A stretch of 64,000 bases of DNA from positions 1 through 64,000 of IMG/VR virus record IMGVR_UViG_3300023175_000005; one strand, given 5' to 3'. The notes beneath the pieces were generated by a model. It worked only from the letters and a program-made list of their open reading frames with translations. It searched no databases and was not told the DNA's origin. Made by a program: the position numbers and the translations under genes. Position 1 is the stretch's first letter. Every line of letters starts with the position of its first letter. Shown here in pieces: positions 55,701-64,000 of this stretch.

Positions 55701-56101
55701 GCACCATTAGCAGGCTTGCCTGCTGTTTCTGTTGCACTTGCTGTGATTGCATCCATGTCTACTGGTGCTCTAACAACATACGCTCTATTTGCTACGCCTA
55801 AGAAACTGTATGCTGCTTGTAAACCATATTCGTTTTGCTCGCCCCCATGAATCGAAGCACCATTGTTATCTGTGTAGAACAATGGATCGCCGAATGTTTC
55901 TGATAGTTCACGCTGTGAACTCATCAAATATACTTTGCCAGCATTTGCTGCTGTTGTACCTGGGGCAATACCTGTGCCTGCAGGATTTGATTTATCTTGT
56001 TTTGTTGCCACAAAAATTAGTGGTGTTGTACCTGGTTCAGCAGGAGTGTAAAAACTCTCGTCTATAACGCTGACCTGTACGCCTGGTGATGTTAAAGCCA
56101 T
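52772..56101 (-). CDS. Tail sheath protein (gp18-like) with large insertions
   Basis: LTSPGVQVSVIDES, PWFAPAGTRRG, RVNVARL, FEPND, CDETNN. Confidence 0.96.
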   Translation of the reverse strand: MALTSPGVQVSVIDESFYTPAEPGTTPLIFVATKQDKSNPAGTGIAPGTTAANAGKVYLMSSQRELSETFGDPLFYTDNNGASIHGGEQNEYGLQAAYSFLGVANRAYVVRAPVDMDAITASATETAGKPANGAWWFDTNDSFYGIFEWNGAAATTTGGQTFTNRVPTVITDTTKVVDYAGADYTPKTSVGAVGDYALVAVTTTNKLWYKNADGTWVEVGGAAWRKSWPAVTGTAANPTLTIGQELIIRVEEANSTSTEHTITLTGTTVTSLVGQINVDAGLASAGVTAKNNNGRLSLYNAGGTTGGQGDLIDVFGDAALLSALGITAGEYYSPELTIAAHTSVPEYKTNDTEPRPTGSIWVKTTTPNLGANWSVKQYSSATDAWTTVNAPIYANNHTAIYEMDTSGGGAGIAEGSIYVQSNTSEEAYDNLANFKIYRKSGSGAVTITSTKITASTFPAGTYSFTMSESLSGQNSMDSAKTISFTATGATADADTLAGDINSAGFTNVSANVDSQNRVVISHALGGEIRIVDTDGIVDNAYTVFDSTDPTTTTNFYYTPGTDSSTSPKQYIVTWWKTLSYTASEGAPTSTPADGALWYSSVVDEVDMMIHNGTSWVGYHNFDHTGGGLVGASSTNDPAGPIVAASAPTEQSDGSALVVGDLWISTADLENYPQVYRWTAAGVWALLDSTDQTTENGVLFADARYNTAGANSDEAGDIADLLVSNYLDPDAPDPALYPKGMLLWNTRRSGFNVKEFKRDHIDINAENGRNGDESMAGYYANRWVTKSANNEDGSGSFGRKAQRKIVVQALQAEMNSNQDIRDDESRIFNLISTPGYPELIGEMVTLNNDRGLTAFVVGDTPMRLTPDSTSLTNWANNIAGAVEDNDDGAVTSDEYLGMYYPAGFTSDNAGNNIVVPASHMALRTIALNDQVAFPWFAPAGTRRGSVTNATASGYIDSEGEFTSVALNEGQRDTLYSKNINPISFINGAGLVIFGQKTRAANASSLDRVNVARLVVYLRSQLKTLAKPFVFEPNDKITRDSIKGQVESLLIELTSLRAIFDYLVVCDETNNTPTRIDKNELYVDVAIEPVKSVEFIYIPLRLKNTGEIASL

Positions 56102-56250
56102 TTTTTTAATCTCCTTTGGGATTTCACTATTGCTATATTATATTTACCAGTATGCATAGAAATATACCTAAAATACATGGTAAAACACGCATTTTATACT
56201 TGACAAATATAATATTTTTTGTTATTATCAAGGATAACTTAGGAGGCATC

Positions 56251-56526
56251 ATGAGCATAGATTATAAATTTGACGAAAACCAATATATTGAAGAATTTGC
56301 AAAATATATCGATTCAACATATGGTCAACATTATGCAAAGGACAAATTCCAAGCCACTGAGTTTATTGTTGATGGCGGACACGGAACAGGCTTTTGTATT
56401 GGTAATGTTTTAAAGTATGCACAAAGATATGGCAAAAAAGGTACACGCGAAGATGCACGTAAAGATTTAATGAAAGTTTTACATTATGCATTAATGCAAA
56501 TGTATGTTCACGATAACAATCTATAG
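56251..56526 (+). CDS. DUF3310-like small protein
   Basis: TYGQHY, GFCIGNVLKYAQRYGKK, DLMKVLHY; promoter TTGACA 56200; AGGAGG RBS. Confidence 0.8.
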   Translation: MSIDYKFDENQYIEEFAKYIDSTYGQHYAKDKFQATEFIVDGGHGTGFCIGNVLKYAQRYGKKGTREDARKDLMKVLHYALMQMYVHDNNL

Positions 56527-57003
56527 TTGTTTAAGCCAAACATTGTTTGTACCAACATCGTAATCTACTATCAGTTCGTTTACTGCTTGATAAACACCTG
56601 CATAATCAATATCATGACCAGTTAACCAGCCACCTTTTTTAACCTTAGGTGTATATGCTCTTATGTCTCTGCACACCCAAGGATAACTGTGATCTGCATC
56701 TATAAAAACTAAATCTTGAGAATTATCAGGAATATTTTTTGCACAATAATCGCTTAATCCTGCAAACGGTTTTAGCCTATCTCCGTACTTTTCTTGGATT
56801 TGTTTATTATAAAACCCTCTAATACTTTTATCTATTGCGTAAATCACAAGATCGGGATTATTATCTAATAAATGAAATGTTGTTCTGCCATCTCTTACAC
56901 CTACTTCGGTCATTGTTTTAATATTGTGTTTTTTTATCCACCAATTTAAAAAATGTTTTCTATTAGGTTTTCCTGTGTATTCAATTGTCTGATCTAAATT
57001 CAT
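56521..57003 (-). CDS. Methyltransf_24-like SAM methyltransferase
   Basis: EVGVRDG, DLVFIDADHSY, GGWLTGHD. Confidence 0.85.
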   Translation of the reverse strand: MNLDQTIEYTGKPNRKHFLNWWIKKHNIKTMTEVGVRDGRTTFHLLDNNPDLVIYAIDKSIRGFYNKQIQEKYGDRLKPFAGLSDYCAKNIPDNSQDLVFIDADHSYPWVCRDIRAYTPKVKKGGWLTGHDIDYAGVYQAVNELIVDYDVGTNNVWLKQL

Positions 57004-57692
57004 TTCATACCTATCCGCATAAATCTTGTATATTTTGTTAAAGATAATTCTCCTTCATAAAAAACGTGCATAGGTGTTTGTTCAGCAAATGTTTGTAAAT
57101 TAGAAACACAATTTATATGCTGTTCGTGTTCGTAATAGTTATTATTTTGTAATGCAACTATTGTGCCTGATGGAATGTCGTCATACCATTGCGTAAAATC
57201 TTCTATATGTTCACAACTTGTATTGATAATTGTATTAGGCATTTCAGTTAGTTCTAAACTTGTACCGTTTGCCCTAAAAGTTTCATGTGTAGTAGGATAT
57301 GTCATTTTTCTAATATCTAATGTGCTTGCTTTAAATTGCCAGCCATCCATTACATATGGTCGATTAATATTATCAGCAACATCTGCACAACTTGGATCTA
57401 TATCAAAGCTTCTAATCTTTTCAAACTTATCAGGAATGTATTCAAACATCATACCTGCAAGGGTGCCAAACCAGCCTGCACATATAAAAACTGTACCCAT
57501 ATCATTGGGTAAGTTTTCTACCATCCATTTTTTACTTTTCAATTGTCCTAAACTATACGCATCTACCATTGCATATTCAACTTCAGGAAATTTATGTAAA
57601 GTCCTTTTAAGTTGAGACACAGTTACGTTTTCAGGGTATAAAAATTCTAAACCGTTTAGGAATTGAATTACACTGCTGCTAAATTGTTGCAT
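57000..57692 (-). CDS. Class I methyltransferase-like protein
   Basis: GQLKSK, CAGWFG, SFDID, INTSCEH. Confidence 0.75.
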   Translation of the reverse strand: MQQFSSSVIQFLNGLEFLYPENVTVSQLKRTLHKFPEVEYAMVDAYSLGQLKSKKWMVENLPNDMGTVFICAGWFGTLAGMMFEYIPDKFEKIRSFDIDPSCADVADNINRPYVMDGWQFKASTLDIRKMTYPTTHETFRANGTSLELTEMPNTIINTSCEHIEDFTQWYDDIPSGTIVALQNNNYYEHEQHINCVSNLQTFAEQTPMHVFYEGELSLTKYTRFMRIGMK

Positions 57693-57717
57693 AGTGTATT
57701 TATATTAAATGCGTAGT

Positions 57718-58479
57718 TTATCCTATAACAAAACTATAACCTGTGCCGCCTGCAACATTTAATGCTGCTTCTGCGTCAAGTTTTTCCATTTCTGCTTGCG
57801 CTTCTGCTTTTAAACTTGCACCGTTTAAACTAGTACCACCTTGTGGTCCTGCAATTGTTGCAAACTTTTCACGTGCTTCGCCTAACATATACTTACATGC
57901 TGCTAATGTATAATCTTTGATCCATTGCTTTGAAAGATAGTCTTCTAGCAATTGCGAGTCAGGACGGAAATTGTAGCAATACAACAAAATTTCTTCATCT
58001 GCTCTTGGACGTTGTAGTATTGTTAACTTTTTTGTAGGACTATTCCATGTAAATTCTATAAAGGAACCAAACATTCTACCTACCAATTCTTGATAACTTG
58101 CAAACATGTAGTAAGTTGCGAGGCCGCCTACAGCAGAACTTGCTAACAAATATGTATTAGTATATGCAAGATTAAATGGCTCGTATAGTGTTCCGCCATC
58201 ACCTCCAGCAGATCTACTACCTACACTTCTTCTAAAACACTGTCTTACTTCTTGTATTTCATTTGGAAGAATATAATCATTTTGATCTTCAACTAAAGTT
58301 AATGTGACATAACTTTCTTCTACACTATGATCAACACGCTGTCTATACCTACTAAGTGCCTTTGTTAAAGCAGTTTCATAGTGTATTGGATCAAGTTCAA
58401 CATCGACCATACCGCCACCTAAAAAGGCTTTTACATAGTCGAAAATTTCTTGTTTTTGTTCAATGTAGTTTGCTGCCAT
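57718..58479 (-). CDS. Neck protein (gp13-like)
   Basis: LGGGMVDVEL, WIKDYTLA, GGTSLNG; GGAG RBS gives ATG 58479. Confidence 0.85.
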   Translation of the reverse strand: MAANYIEQKQEIFDYVKAFLGGGMVDVELDPIHYETALTKALSRYRQRVDHSVEESYVTLTLVEDQNDYILPNEIQEVRQCFRRSVGSRSAGGDGGTLYEPFNLAYTNTYLLASSAVGGLATYYMFASYQELVGRMFGSFIEFTWNSPTKKLTILQRPRADEEILLYCYNFRPDSQLLEDYLSKQWIKDYTLAACKYMLGEAREKFATIAGPQGGTSLNGASLKAEAQAEMEKLDAEAALNVAGGTGYSFVIG

Positions 58480-58523
58480 AAAAGTTCTCCGTATTGTATT
58501 TATTCGTTGCGATAAATATATGT

Positions 58524-59678
58524 ATGCCACGCTTAAGCTTATATAGACCAAATAAAACAAATGATTATACATTTTTAGATGATGTAATTAGAGAACAATT
58601 TTACATCGGTGGCACCGACGTGAATGTACACAAATATCTAGGACCAAGAAATCCTACAGAAGAAGAAGCAACAGCAGAACAGCCACGTTATGATGCAGTT
58701 AAAGAGACTAACATTCAAGATATGCTGTTCTTGGAAAACAGAGATAGAAAATACGATCAAGATATCTACACAATACGTGGCATTTATAATGTAATAGATA
58801 ACGATTTTAATCTAAGTCAGTTTGGATTGTTTTTAAGCAATGATACATTGTTTATGACTATACACATAAATGAAAGTGTAAAAACACTTGGTAGAAAAAT
58901 TATGGCAGGTGATGTATTTGAACTGCCTCACTTAAAAGACGAATATGCTGCAAATGACTATAGTGTTGCACTAAAACGTTTTTATGTAGTTGATGAAATT
59001 ACTCGTGCAGCAGAAGGTTTTTCACAGACTTGGTATCCTCATTTATATAGAGTTAAACTAAAACAAATATTTGATTCACAAGAGTTTAAAGATATACTGG
59101 ATTTACCTGCAGGTGATGATGCTGATAATACTTTACGTGATGTACTAAGCACATTTGAAACTGAAATGAATATTAATAATGCTATTGTACAACAAGCAGA
59201 AGCAAATGCAAAAGCCGCAGGATATGAAACAAGTCACTTTTTTACAGTAGCAGTAGATGATGACGGCGTACCTACATTGAGGACAGCAGATTCAACAGAA
59301 ATAGATGCAAGTGGCAGTGAACTTTCAGATTCTATCTTAGATACTCCTATACGTGATGGTTATGACGGCTATCTAATAGGAGACGGACTTGCACCAAATG
59401 GTTCGCCTTTTGGTAGTGGGTTATCATTTCCTGACGCAAGTGCATCAGGAGATTACTTTTTGAGAACAGACTTTTTTCCAAATAGACTATTTAGATATGA
59501 TGGGAGAAGATGGGTGAAAGTTGAAGATAACGTAAGACAAACACTAACTAACACATCAACAAGAGCGCATCAGAAAGGTACGTTCATTAATAACACAAAC
59601 ACAAGCACTATTGGCGGTGAAGTTGTTGAAGAAAGACAATCACTATCAAAAGCATTAAAGATAAAGACGGATAACTGA
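58524..59678 (+). CDS. Neck/head-closure protein (gp14-like)
   Basis: FLENRDRKY, LSQFGLF, GDVFELPH; TAAATA-N5-ATG. Confidence 0.75.
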   Translation: MPRLSLYRPNKTNDYTFLDDVIREQFYIGGTDVNVHKYLGPRNPTEEEATAEQPRYDAVKETNIQDMLFLENRDRKYDQDIYTIRGIYNVIDNDFNLSQFGLFLSNDTLFMTIHINESVKTLGRKIMAGDVFELPHLKDEYAANDYSVALKRFYVVDEITRAAEGFSQTWYPHLYRVKLKQIFDSQEFKDILDLPAGDDADNTLRDVLSTFETEMNINNAIVQQAEANAKAAGYETSHFFTVAVDDDGVPTLRTADSTEIDASGSELSDSILDTPIRDGYDGYLIGDGLAPNGSPFGSGLSFPDASASGDYFLRTDFFPNRLFRYDGRRWVKVEDNVRQTLTNTSTRAHQKGTFINNTNTSTIGGEVVEERQSLSKALKIKTDN

Positions 59679-61162
59679 TGCAGTTTTTTTATGACGGACA
59701 AATACGTAGATATCTAACACAGATTATACGCTTATTAAGTAATTTTAGTTACCAAGACGGTGATGGTCAATTACGTCAAATACCTGTAACATATGGTGAT
59801 TTGACAAGACAAGTTGCGAGCATTATACGTGACAATAGTGAAAATAAGGTTCCTAGTGCGCCACGAATGGCAGTTTATATTACAGGAATCGAATTAGATA
59901 GACAAAGATTAAGCGATGCAAGTTATGTTAACAAAGTTAATATTAGAGAACGTGCATATGATTCCGATGGACAAGAATACCTAAACGAACAAGGCAAAAA
60001 CTATACAGTTGAAAGACTACATCCTGCTCCATACACATTAAGTGTAAATGCTGATATATGGGCAACAAATACAGAAATGAAGTTGCAAATTATGGAGCAA
60101 ATTTTAACATTATTCAATCCTAGTTTAGAAATTCAAACAACAGACAATTTTGTTGATTGGACAAGTTTAAGCGTAGTAAACTTAGAATTAGTAAACTTTA
60201 GTAACAGGAATGTACCTGTAGGTGTTGATAGTGAGATAGATATTGCAACTTTAGGTTTTTCTACTCCTATCTATCTAAGTGCTCCTGCAAAAGTTAAACG
60301 TTTAGGCGTTATTACAAATATCATTGCAAACATATTTAATGAAGAAAGTGGTGATATTGATTTGGGTAATAGTGAAGCAGAACTTGGTGCATATGAAGAT
60401 TCATTACATCCTATAGAACAAACTACACAATCAACAGATGCTTCAGGCGAAGTTGATATTGAAACACAAAGATCGGTAGATCCACTATTGAATGAAAGAG
60501 TTACACAAAGTACAACATTTAAAGATTATGGATTGTATGTTGAAGGTACACAAGCACGTATTGTTTATAATCGTGAAGTAGGAACAACTAACTGGAGAGT
60601 ATTATTAGAAGCATATCCAGGAACATATACAGCAGGGTTAAGCCAAATTAGAATGCGAACTGAAGGATCTGATAATTTTATTATTGGTACATTTGCTCTA
60701 AATCCGCTCGATGAAAGAATTATTAGTATTACATGGGATTCAGATACATTGCCTAGCAATGATGTAATAACAGGGCCTGCTAGAAATCCTGCAAGTTATA
60801 CAAGTATTGATTATGTTATAGAGCCTTCAAAATGGAATCCAAGTTCATATAAAACACCAGGACTTAGAGTGTTAGTAGTAAGCAATATTAATCCAAGTAA
60901 TCAAGTTGGTGAAGCAGGATACGACGGACCCGATGCATGGAAAAATACAGACACAAGTGATCCTGTTGCAGAAGCAAACGATATTATTGAATGGACTGGC
61001 ACAGAATGGCAAGTTATATTTGACGCTAGTGCAACAACTGATATAACACATATTAAAAATCTTAATACAGGTGTCCAATACAAATGGACAGGATCTGATT
61101 GGATTAAGAGTTGGGAAGGTGAGTATTCAGGAGGTAACTGGATGCTATTCTTAGACGGCTAA
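59678..61162 (+). CDS. Tail completion/sheath stabiliser (gp15-like) with C-terminal extension
   Basis: FFYDGQIRRY, PVTYG, PAPY, QIMEQILTLFNP. Confidence 0.82.
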   Translation: MQFFYDGQIRRYLTQIIRLLSNFSYQDGDGQLRQIPVTYGDLTRQVASIIRDNSENKVPSAPRMAVYITGIELDRQRLSDASYVNKVNIRERAYDSDGQEYLNEQGKNYTVERLHPAPYTLSVNADIWATNTEMKLQIMEQILTLFNPSLEIQTTDNFVDWTSLSVVNLELVNFSNRNVPVGVDSEIDIATLGFSTPIYLSAPAKVKRLGVITNIIANIFNEESGDIDLGNSEAELGAYEDSLHPIEQTTQSTDASGEVDIETQRSVDPLLNERVTQSTTFKDYGLYVEGTQARIVYNREVGTTNWRVLLEAYPGTYTAGLSQIRMRTEGSDNFIIGTFALNPLDERIISITWDSDTLPSNDVITGPARNPASYTSIDYVIEPSKWNPSSYKTPGLRVLVVSNINPSNQVGEAGYDGPDAWKNTDTSDPVAEANDIIEWTGTEWQVIFDASATTDITHIKNLNTGVQYKWTGSDWIKSWEGEYSGGNWMLFLDG

Positions 61163-61170
61163 TTATTTTT

Positions 61171-61602
61171 ATGAAAAAGATAATATGTAGTGGTGCATTA
61201 TTTTATACCCTCTCCACTAAAAGATTTTTAACTTTACATAGAACAGCAAAGAAAAATGCAGTATGGGGTCTTGTAGGCGGCACTAATGAAGAAAACGAAA
61301 CCGCATGGGAAGGTTTGAAGAGAGAAATAGAAGAAGAAATAGGATTTATTCCAAAAATAAAGAAAACTATTCCTCTAGAAACTTTTGTAAGCAATGACGA
61401 ACATTTTCATTTCCATACTTATCTTTGTGTAGTTGAAGATGAATTTTTGCCTATTTTAAATAATGAACATGATGGATATGCATGGGTACAATTTGGAAAA
61501 TGGCCTAAGCCTTTACACCAAGGCTTGGCCAATACTCTACGTAGTAAAACTAACCAAAACAAATTACAAACTGTGTTTGAATTAATTAACCTTATCTCTT
61601 GA
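61171..61602 (+). CDS. NUDIX hydrolase
   Basis: GGTNEENETAWEGLKREIEEEIG Nudix box. Confidence 0.9.
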   Translation: MKKIICSGALFYTLSTKRFLTLHRTAKKNAVWGLVGGTNEENETAWEGLKREIEEEIGFIPKIKKTIPLETFVSNDEHFHFHTYLCVVEDEFLPILNNEHDGYAWVQFGKWPKPLHQGLANTLRSKTNQNKLQTVFELINLIS

Positions 61603-64000
61603 AACATTTTTTGGCAGTAAGAAAATACCATTATGGTATTGCTTACCCTCAACTTCATGTATAAACGAATGAGATGTACTTCTATCATACTCATTATCAT
61701 GTGTAAAGTAAACATCAAAGTCAAAATTACTTGTATCGACGTTTGACGAAATAGCCCAAAACATTTCTGTTTTAGATTCGTCTAGTGCTTTTAAATAATC
61801 TTCGTATGTATCAACAATAAATCTGTCGTATTCTACTGGTCCGCTTGCAACCGTATTCCATTCTTTTCTAGTAACAAGATGTCTGTGTTCAATTTCTTTT
61901 TTGCTTACAGGTTTGTTTTTGCTCATCAAGAACACACCGTTATAATATTCTTTATCTCCTACTTTGTGTACAAAGACATGATTTTCGTTTCTTTCGTATT
62001 CAAATTCATCATCTCTGTCATCAAAGAACAGATCAAACTTAAAGTTAGGATTAATTTCAACATTTCTGCTTTTAATCCAAAACATTTCTGTTGTAGACTT
62101 ACTAAGTGCCTCTAAGTATTCATCATAATTATCTACTTCAAAAATATTGTAAAGAACAGGTCCAGTTACTATTTGTTCATACTCTTTTCTTTCAACAATA
62201 TGTTTGTAATCAATTTCTTTTTTAGTTACAGGCTTATGCTTTGAAAACAAATATAGTCCGTCATAAGTTAGTTTATCGTTGACTTTGTGTAAAAACGCAT
62301 GATTCATTTTTCTATCAAACGTATTGTCATGTTTAAAATATAAATCAAAAATTGATTCATCGATAATTGTTAAATTTTGTAACTTACCCCAAAACATCTC
62401 TGTTTTAGATTTTTGCATTGCATCTAAATAATCATCATAAGATCCGATATCAAATACGTCATATCTAGTTTTTGTACTTGCAATTTCATTCCATTCTTTG
62501 CGTTTTACTGGATGTCTAAATTCTATTTCTTTTTTAGAAATCTTTGAGTGTTTACTACATAAAAATACACCACTATAAAGTTTTTCACCGTCAACATCGT
62601 GTAAAAACGCATGATTAATTTTTCTATCAAAAGCATTGTCGTGTGTGAAATACTTGTCAAATTTGAAGTTTTTCTTTATCTTTACATTTCTACTTAATGC
62701 CCAAAACATTTCTGTCTTGCTTTGTTCTAATGCATTTAGATATTCACCGTAAGTGTCAATATAAAATTTTTCATATTCTACTTGTGTTGAGCCAATGACT
62801 TTCCATTCTTTTCTTTCAATAATGTGTCTGTGTTCGATTTCTTTTTTGTTAAGAGGTTTTTTCGTTGAACAAAGGAATAAGCCGTTGTATAATTGCCTTC
62901 CATCAGCATCATGTATAAAGGCATGGTTTGTCTGTCTATCATACTCGTTTTCAAAGTCAAAATATATCTCCGGTATATTGCTACTAATGTTTCTACTATC
63001 CATCCAAAACATTTCTGTTTTAGAATTATTCAATGCATATTCGTATTCTTCATATGAATCAATATAGAATCTATCATAAATTACTGGACCAGTTGCTACA
63101 ATATCATGCTCAATACGTTCTACAGGAAATCTGTAAGTAACTTCCTTTTCTGAAAGTATTTTGTTTTTAGAACACAAAAATAATCCGTTGTACTTGTTAT
63201 TGCTATGCAAAAATGCATGTGTTTTGTTTTTAAGATCTTTTTCATGATGTGGAATATAAAAGTCAAGATCGATGTTAACTTTTATATTTTTACTGCTCAT
63301 CCAAAACATTTCTGTTGTAGATGATTCAAGTGCAGTTTTATATTCATTATAATTATCAATTTCAAAAAAGTCATACTGCTTTGGTGTACTTGCAATCATA
63401 CGTACTTCTTTTTTGTTAACTAAAAATCTATAGTCAATCTCTCTATCTGAGGGATTATAAAATTTGTTACACAAAAATATGCCATCAAATTGATTTCTTT
63501 TTCCATTTCCGAACACATGATTATATTTGTAACTCCATTCGTCTGGTTCAAAAGAAAAGTCAAAGTTTTCTGATACATTAACATCATTTGGTATTAACCA
63601 AAACATATCAGTTGAGGTTAGTTCTTGTGCTTGACTATAAGTGTCAACAATTTGTATATTATATTTTTCTTTTAATTTTTTGTATTCGCTATCTTTACGG
63701 CTACCTAAGAAAAATATATCAAATTTTTCTTTGCCATAATATGGATCATATACGCCACAAATATTGCTGTGTGTATATTTCTTTTTTGCATCAAACTTTG
63801 TTGGAACTAGTTGTACTTTATTCCAACTTTTAGGATGTCTACTTTTTTTTCTTACGTAAGGAAATAAGTGAATACCGTTACTTTGTTCAGCACTTGGTCT
63901 AAAATGCCAAGGAAATGTATCTAATACTTTAATTGACTTATCAACAAGCCAAACATAATCAGCAACTTCTGCATAATCTTTTACTTGTTCATAATCTTCT
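61582..64000 (-). CDS. Large tandem-repeat protein (~105-aa SKTEMFW repeats), 5'-truncated by the window edge
   Basis: Frame stays open from 63606 to 64000 (translated by hand); repeats visible. Confidence 0.85.
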   Translation of the reverse strand, partial: EDYEQVKDYAEVADYVWLVDKSIKVLDTFPWHFRPSAEQSNGIHLFPYVRKKSRHPKSWNKVQLVPTKFDAKKKYTHSNICGVYDPYYGKEKFDIFFLGSRKDSEYKKLKEKYNIQIVDTYSQAQELTSTDMFWLIPNDVNVSENFDFSFEPDEWSYKYNHVFGNGKRNQFDGIFLCNKFYNPSDREIDYRFLVNKKEVRMIASTPKQYDFFEIDNYNEYKTALESSTTEMFWMSSKNIKVNIDLDFYIPHHEKDLKNKTHAFLHSNNKYNGLFLCSKNKILSEKEVTYRFPVERIEHDIVATGPVIYDRFYIDSYEEYEYALNNSKTEMFWMDSRNISSNIPEIYFDFENEYDRQTNHAFIHDADGRQLYNGLFLCSTKKPLNKKEIEHRHIIERKEWKVIGSTQVEYEKFYIDTYGEYLNALEQSKTEMFWALSRNVKIKKNFKFDKYFTHDNAFDRKINHAFLHDVDGEKLYSGVFLCSKHSKISKKEIEFRHPVKRKEWNEIASTKTRYDVFDIGSYDDYLDAMQKSKTEMFWGKLQNLTIIDESIFDLYFKHDNTFDRKMNHAFLHKVNDKLTYDGLYLFSKHKPVTKKEIDYKHIVERKEYEQIVTGPVLYNIFEVDNYDEYLEALSKSTTEMFWIKSRNVEINPNFKFDLFFDDRDDEFEYERNENHVFVHKVGDKEYYNGVFLMSKNKPVSKKEIEHRHLVTRKEWNTVASGPVEYDRFIVDTYEDYLKALDESKTEMFWAISSNVDTSNFDFDVYFTHDNEYDRSTSHSFIHEVEGKQYHNGIFLLPKNVSRDKVN

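Noticed and set aside
12027-61602. Stop-codon reassignment, inteins or group I introns in core genes
   Set aside because: Core genes are intact at normal length in the standard code, and all three stops end genes.
63588-64000. Gene start at 63606 and + strand ORF 63588-63833
   Set aside because: The - frame is open to the window end, so 63606 is an internal Met and the + ORF is a shadow.

Overview
This is a 64 kb segment of a large T4-superfamily myovirus (jumbo-phage-like); the sigma70-type promoters, IHF-like sites and Kdo genes suggest a Gram-negative host. Bases 1-400 are a gene-free repeat region with IHF-like sites, possibly a genome end. Bases 400-10,680 are an early host-takeover region on the + strand: about 30 small genes, 19 sigma70-like promoters, tRNA-Leu(TAA), tRNA-Arg(TCT) and an AAA ATPase. 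Bases 10,700-12,000 are a strand-switch region with repeats and GAA-loop mini-hairpins. Bases 12,000-41,000 are mostly - strand and carry replication/recombination genes (gp41, gp61, gp62-like, mini-DnaE, UvsW, UvsY, UvsX, gp32) interleaved with a large glycan cluster (kdsA, kdsB, three KpsC/KpsS-like proteins, GT-A enzymes, gmd, a NeuA-RraA fusion, sulfo-/methyltransferases, a carbamoyltransferase). Bases 41,200-64,000 hold packaging, neck and tail genes, an S8 protease, a fibre protein and a tandem-repeat protein that runs off the window. The two strongest unexplained signals: (1) three hairpins just 3' of the AAA ATPase gene each display GCCCUC in the loop, the exact complement of the non-canonical GAGGG(C/T) leader on nearly all promoter-proximal early genes, suggesting a phage anti-RBS sRNA that shuts off early genes; (2) two early-gene islands almost devoid of TC/CC on one strand, with the depleted strand flipping for one gene. 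All counts were made by eye and all protein calls rest on motif recognition, not database searches.
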